Shown: one piece after another, positions 60,654-64,000 of the stretch | Layout of the letters: each line of letters begins with the position of its first letter | Numbering within the stretch: the first letter of the stretch is position 1 | Assembly (NCBI GenBank): GCA_029268695.1 | Contig: JAQWNJ010000022.1 | Span: 45,560-109,559, forward strand | Direction of reading: 5' to 3' | Length of the DNA: 64,000 bases | From: Bacteroidia bacterium | GTDB taxonomy: Bacteria; Bacteroidota; Bacteroidia; NS11-12g; UBA9320 | Made by a program: the position numbers and the translations under genes | The notes under the pieces: model-generated | Databases searched by the model: none | Told to the model about the DNA's origin: nothing | What the model saw: only the letters and a program-made list of their open reading frames with translations

Positions 60654-61598
60654 TTAAGACTCAATGATGTTGAGGTCTTTATTTTCGGCGACGTATCTTG
60701 GTAAACAATTCATAATCATTTCTTCTAGTCGATTTATTACCTTATCCTTAGCGTAGAATTTTGTGTAAATCAACCCAACAGCCCTTCCTGCATCATCGGT
60801 TCTAAATGCTCTTAAATTATCTAGAGAACTATCATCTAACTCACTAGCTTCCCACTCTGGAATGATAGTAGCTCCCCCCTCAAAATCTACAATCTTCTTT
60901 AAAGTTTGCAGACTGCCACTTTCGTAGCTTAAAGCCAAATGATTTAGCTTCTCATCAGGAAGTGAACATAAGTTAATCGTTTGTACTCTAAAACAATTCC
61001 CTTCAGATAACAACCATAGTTTATCTTCCAATAAATCCGTAGCTACCCAAGCTTTTTTTGAAAAACTCGGATGTTTTGGATGAGCATAAATTCTGAATTT
61101 TTCGATGTACAAATTCCTTTCTACTAATCCACTTTGCTTAACGGGAGTGGATACTATCCCAACATCCAATCTATCGTGCTCTAAGTCTTCAATAATTTCA
61201 TTGGTCAACCCTTCTTTAATAGTTAACTTCAAATCGGGATGATTCTCCGAAACCTCTCTGATTAATTTTGGGATTAGTGCATTTGCTATCGTTGGTAAAA
61301 TACCAATTTTTAGACTTCCTGAAACATCACCTATGAAATCCCTTAAGATATTTTCGATTTGACCTGTCTCTCTATAGATCGTTCTGGCTTGATGTATAAT
61401 TTTTGAACCGATAGAAGTAGGGACAATAGGTTGCTTACTTCTGTCAAAAATTAAAACTCCTAATTCATCTTCTAATTTTTTCATTTGCATACTTAACGTA
61501 GGTTGAGTTACGAAACATGCCTCAGCTGCTTTTATAAAATTTCGATGCTCATCAAGAGCGATTAAATATTGAATTTGAATAAGTGAAATATTTAACAT
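60654..61598 (-). CDS. oxyR: H2O2-sensing LysR regulator
   Basis: LysR HTH (NF.KAAE.CFVTQPTLS.Q); EGNCFRVQTINLC with both redox Cys (C-X8-C); GSLQTL. Confidence 0.9.
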   Translation of the reverse strand: MLNISLIQIQYLIALDEHRNFIKAAEACFVTQPTLSMQMKKLEDELGVLIFDRSKQPIVPTSIGSKIIHQARTIYRETGQIENILRDFIGDVSGSLKIGILPTIANALIPKLIREVSENHPDLKLTIKEGLTNEIIEDLEHDRLDVGIVSTPVKQSGLVERNLYIEKFRIYAHPKHPSFSKKAWVATDLLEDKLWLLSEGNCFRVQTINLCSLPDEKLNHLALSYESGSLQTLKKIVDFEGGATIIPEWEASELDDSSLDNLRAFRTDDAGRAVGLIYTKFYAKDKVINRLEEMIMNCLPRYVAENKDLNIIES

Positions 61599-61603
61599 CA
61601 GTT

Positions 61604-61611
61604 CAAAATTA
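61604..61611 (-). promoter_or_regulatory. oxyR -7 element TAATTTTG, 5 nt before ATG
   Basis: Exact TAnnTTTG. Confidence 0.55.
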
Positions 61612-61662
61612 GACCATATCCTAAAATAAAAATAGTAGTCTTCCTATATAGACATATTAAAA

Positions 61663-63732
61663 TTAATGATTGACTACGAGAAAGTGACTTTGGCCTGAAT
61701 TTAATACGATTAAATACATTCCGGGAACATACCCCGATAGGTCTATTCCCTTGTCGCTACTGATTTCAAACTCGCCCATAAATCGACCCTCTATAGAAAA
61801 CATTCGAGCTACTTCAATCGTATCGCTTGAAAGGTATACCTTGTCATTGGCAGGGTTCGGGAAAAGTTTACCCATACAGCACGACTCATCAACCCTAGAT
61901 TTAGCTAATTTCACCGCTTGAAATGCATTTATTTTACCATATCCCCATTGAGTACTTCCTGAATCGGAAATTATTCCAGTATGTTGATCTTGACGTGCTG
62001 TTATTTTTAAAATTTCTTTTACTTCAGAAAAATCCAACCGAGGATTCGCTTGTAACATCAATGCAACAACTCCTGCAACAACTGGACTGCTCATACTTGT
62101 CCCTGAAAAACGTGAAAAAGGATAATTTTTACCTTCAAAACTTGCATTTAATAATAAAACATAAGAACGATCAGTAAAAGATGAAACACTACTTGCAACA
62201 CTTACACCAGGAGCAGAAATATCAGGCTTCATTCGTTCATCAATTGTTGGACCAATACTACTAAAATCAGCCTTAAATCCTCCTGCACTTAAACCGTTAG
62301 ACAAGATAAATTCAGATCGATATGCTGCCACAGTTATCACAGATTGGGTGCTTGCAGGCTCTCCCAATCCATATAGATTATCTCCCTCAATCCAGCCAGC
62401 CATATCAGCAGAAAAAGGCATTCCCCAATTCCCAACATCCGTAGTTAATTCCGTCACATTATAAAAATGAACTATTCCTTTTTTAGCATAAGCTTTTAAT
62501 CCGATTCGCAATTGTGTGCTTTTATTTTTTATTCGCAATCGGATGGTTGACTTTTTATTTAGTGGATGGATTTCGTCTACTGCTACATTAAAAAATATTG
62601 TATCAGACTGAACAACAATAAAAGAATCTATATAATAACTTCCATCAGTCTCAAAATATTTAGAATTATACAATATGTTTTTAGAATTGTCATATACTGT
62701 AAACCCTCCACTAAATTTTTCATTCTCTTGTCCCCACATGCCAATACTTTGACCCCACATATTTGGATTAGATCCATAGCTATAAAACTCAATTCTAGAT
62801 TGAAGTGTGTCACTATCAAACGATTTTTTGATATGAAAATTCACATCTCCGTTATTCCCCCCAGAAGTTACAAATACAACCCCTTGATTAGATAAATAAT
62901 CAATAGCTTGACTGACTAATGACGTTCCATCCAGAGGACCTAGGTTGTATAATCCCCAGCTCATATTGATAACTAATCGCTTATTCAACCTATCAGCCTT
63001 TCTTTTCATCCAATTAAAAGCATCAATCACTGCTACTTCATCTACTAAAAAAGTAGTTAAAAGAAAATCTGCTTCATAGGCAATACCACGATGAACTGTT
63101 CCTGCTCCTCCTCCACCTGCTATTCCGGCAACATGAGTGCCGTGTGTAGCATATCCATATATGTTGATGGTATCTTTTTGTGCATTAAGAAGCTCTTGCT
63201 CCCCTAAATACTCTGTCCCATAATTAAAGCCATCGGGTGCTGGACCACTTTTTTTGAACTGATCCCAAGCAGCAATAATTCGTGTATGTTGAATGGCTGT
63301 ATCATAAAACATTGGATGCGTATAATCAAAACCCCAGTCGGTCACACCAATGATGACTCCTTTACCCGTGTAACCCATGTCCAACATTTTACTATAATAC
63401 ACACTGTCAGCTTTAATATCAGGAATCACTCGATGCAAGCTAGGTGCCATCCTTCGAGCTAGTTGTATGCATTCAATTCCAGGGACTTCTGATAGCGTAA
63501 CATATTTATCTTTATTGAGTCTAAGAGTTACAACATCTTTAATCTGAGACCCTACATTACCACCTAAGTTTTTTAAGTCTGAGATTTTAAAATTTTCATT
63601 CACTTTTAATATTAATGGCAATTGATCATGATTCCAATCAAGGATATCATACTTAGATGCAGCAGAAATTTTAATCTGTGCAAAACCAAAATGGAAGATT
63701 ATTAATCCGAGTAAAGCAATAAAAAAACGCAT
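61663..63732 (-). CDS. S8 (subtilisin-like) serine protease with T9SS C-terminal sorting domain
   Basis: Signal peptide from ATG 63732; triad VTDWG / HGTHVAG / GTSMSSP; CTD LFPNPA...G.Y.I; TATCTTCG at 63743-63750. Confidence 0.93.
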   Translation of the reverse strand: MRFFIALLGLIIFHFGFAQIKISAASKYDILDWNHDQLPLILKVNENFKISDLKNLGGNVGSQIKDVVTLRLNKDKYVTLSEVPGIECIQLARRMAPSLHRVIPDIKADSVYYSKMLDMGYTGKGVIIGVTDWGFDYTHPMFYDTAIQHTRIIAAWDQFKKSGPAPDGFNYGTEYLGEQELLNAQKDTINIYGYATHGTHVAGIAGGGGAGTVHRGIAYEADFLLTTFLVDEVAVIDAFNWMKRKADRLNKRLVINMSWGLYNLGPLDGTSLVSQAIDYLSNQGVVFVTSGGNNGDVNFHIKKSFDSDTLQSRIEFYSYGSNPNMWGQSIGMWGQENEKFSGGFTVYDNSKNILYNSKYFETDGSYYIDSFIVVQSDTIFFNVAVDEIHPLNKKSTIRLRIKNKSTQLRIGLKAYAKKGIVHFYNVTELTTDVGNWGMPFSADMAGWIEGDNLYGLGEPASTQSVITVAAYRSEFILSNGLSAGGFKADFSSIGPTIDERMKPDISAPGVSVASSVSSFTDRSYVLLLNASFEGKNYPFSRFSGTSMSSPVVAGVVALMLQANPRLDFSEVKEILKITARQDQHTGIISDSGSTQWGYGKINAFQAVKLAKSRVDESCCMGKLFPNPANDKVYLSSDTIEVARMFSIEGRFMGEFEISSDKGIDLSGYVPGMYLIVLNSGQSHFLVVNH

Positions 63733-63799
63733 TCTAAATGTTCGAAGATAATTGTTTAAAATGATAGCTAGATCATTCAAGGACTATATCGCAAATAGT

Positions 63800-64000
63800 T
63801 TAGATAAGCCCGCTAAGAAGTCCTCTCATGCTCACCTCTTTTTCTATGATGGTGTTTAGCTCATTTAATGATACTCGTTTTTGATCCATTGTATCTCGAA
63901 AACGAATGGTTACTGCTTGGTCAGTCATACTATCATGATCAACGGTAATGCAGATTGGTGTGCCAATAGCATCTTGCCTTCTGTATCTTTTACCAATGCT
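63800..64000 (-). CDS. glyQS: Glycine--tRNA ligase (alpha2 type), 3' end only
   Basis: Not in the ORF track; my translation [24 protein letters not shown]...[14 protein letters not shown]... ends at TAA 63800-63802. Confidence 0.93.
   Translation of the reverse strand, partial: SIGKRYRRQDAIGTPICITVDHDSMTDQAVTIRFRDTMDQKRVSLNELNTIIEKEVSMRGLLSGLI

Noticed and set aside
2844-62895. About 40 short ORF-track ORFs antisense to or nested in recognised genes (e.g. 2844-3089, 12773-13072, 14376-14738, 45777-46127, 59930-60454)
   Set aside because: They are shadows of strongly conserved proteins, with no motifs or independent promoters
1-64000. CRISPR arrays, IS elements, prophage, defence islands, riboswitches, recoding
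   Set aside because: No repeat-spacer arrays, transposase or integrase motifs, known riboswitch consensus or interrupted ORFs were seen on manual reading

Overview
Mobile-element-free, AT-rich core-genome window from a Bacteroidota bacterium. The assignment rests on the dcw gene order, the PurF/Rny/GlyQS types, a T9SS-sorted protease and about 20 TAnnTTTG -7 promoter elements. It holds the dcw cluster (mraZ to ftsZ), rpsO-pnp, pheT-zapB-like-zapA-rny, hutI, purF, aroQ, rlmD, lptB, recJ, tRNA-Asn, glycosyltransferases, gcvT, menD, sucB, oxyR, an S8 protease and the 3' end of glyQS. I found no CRISPR array, integrase or transposase. The most unusual elements are: (1) an ~802-aa orphan protein with a highly diverged SDR/Rossmann N-terminus and an ~500-aa C-terminus I cannot assign (660-3068); (2) a three-hairpin sRNA candidate with its own terminator between rny and hutI; (3) a BatA/vWA - catalytically dead dihydroorotase - DUF4199 - GT2 - GT4 operon, divergent from a GT2 fused to a degenerate phosphoglycosyl transferase; (4) promoter-architecture oddities (abutting back-to-back -7 elements, probable leaderless genes). 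All family assignments come from motif recognition by eye; no searches were run.
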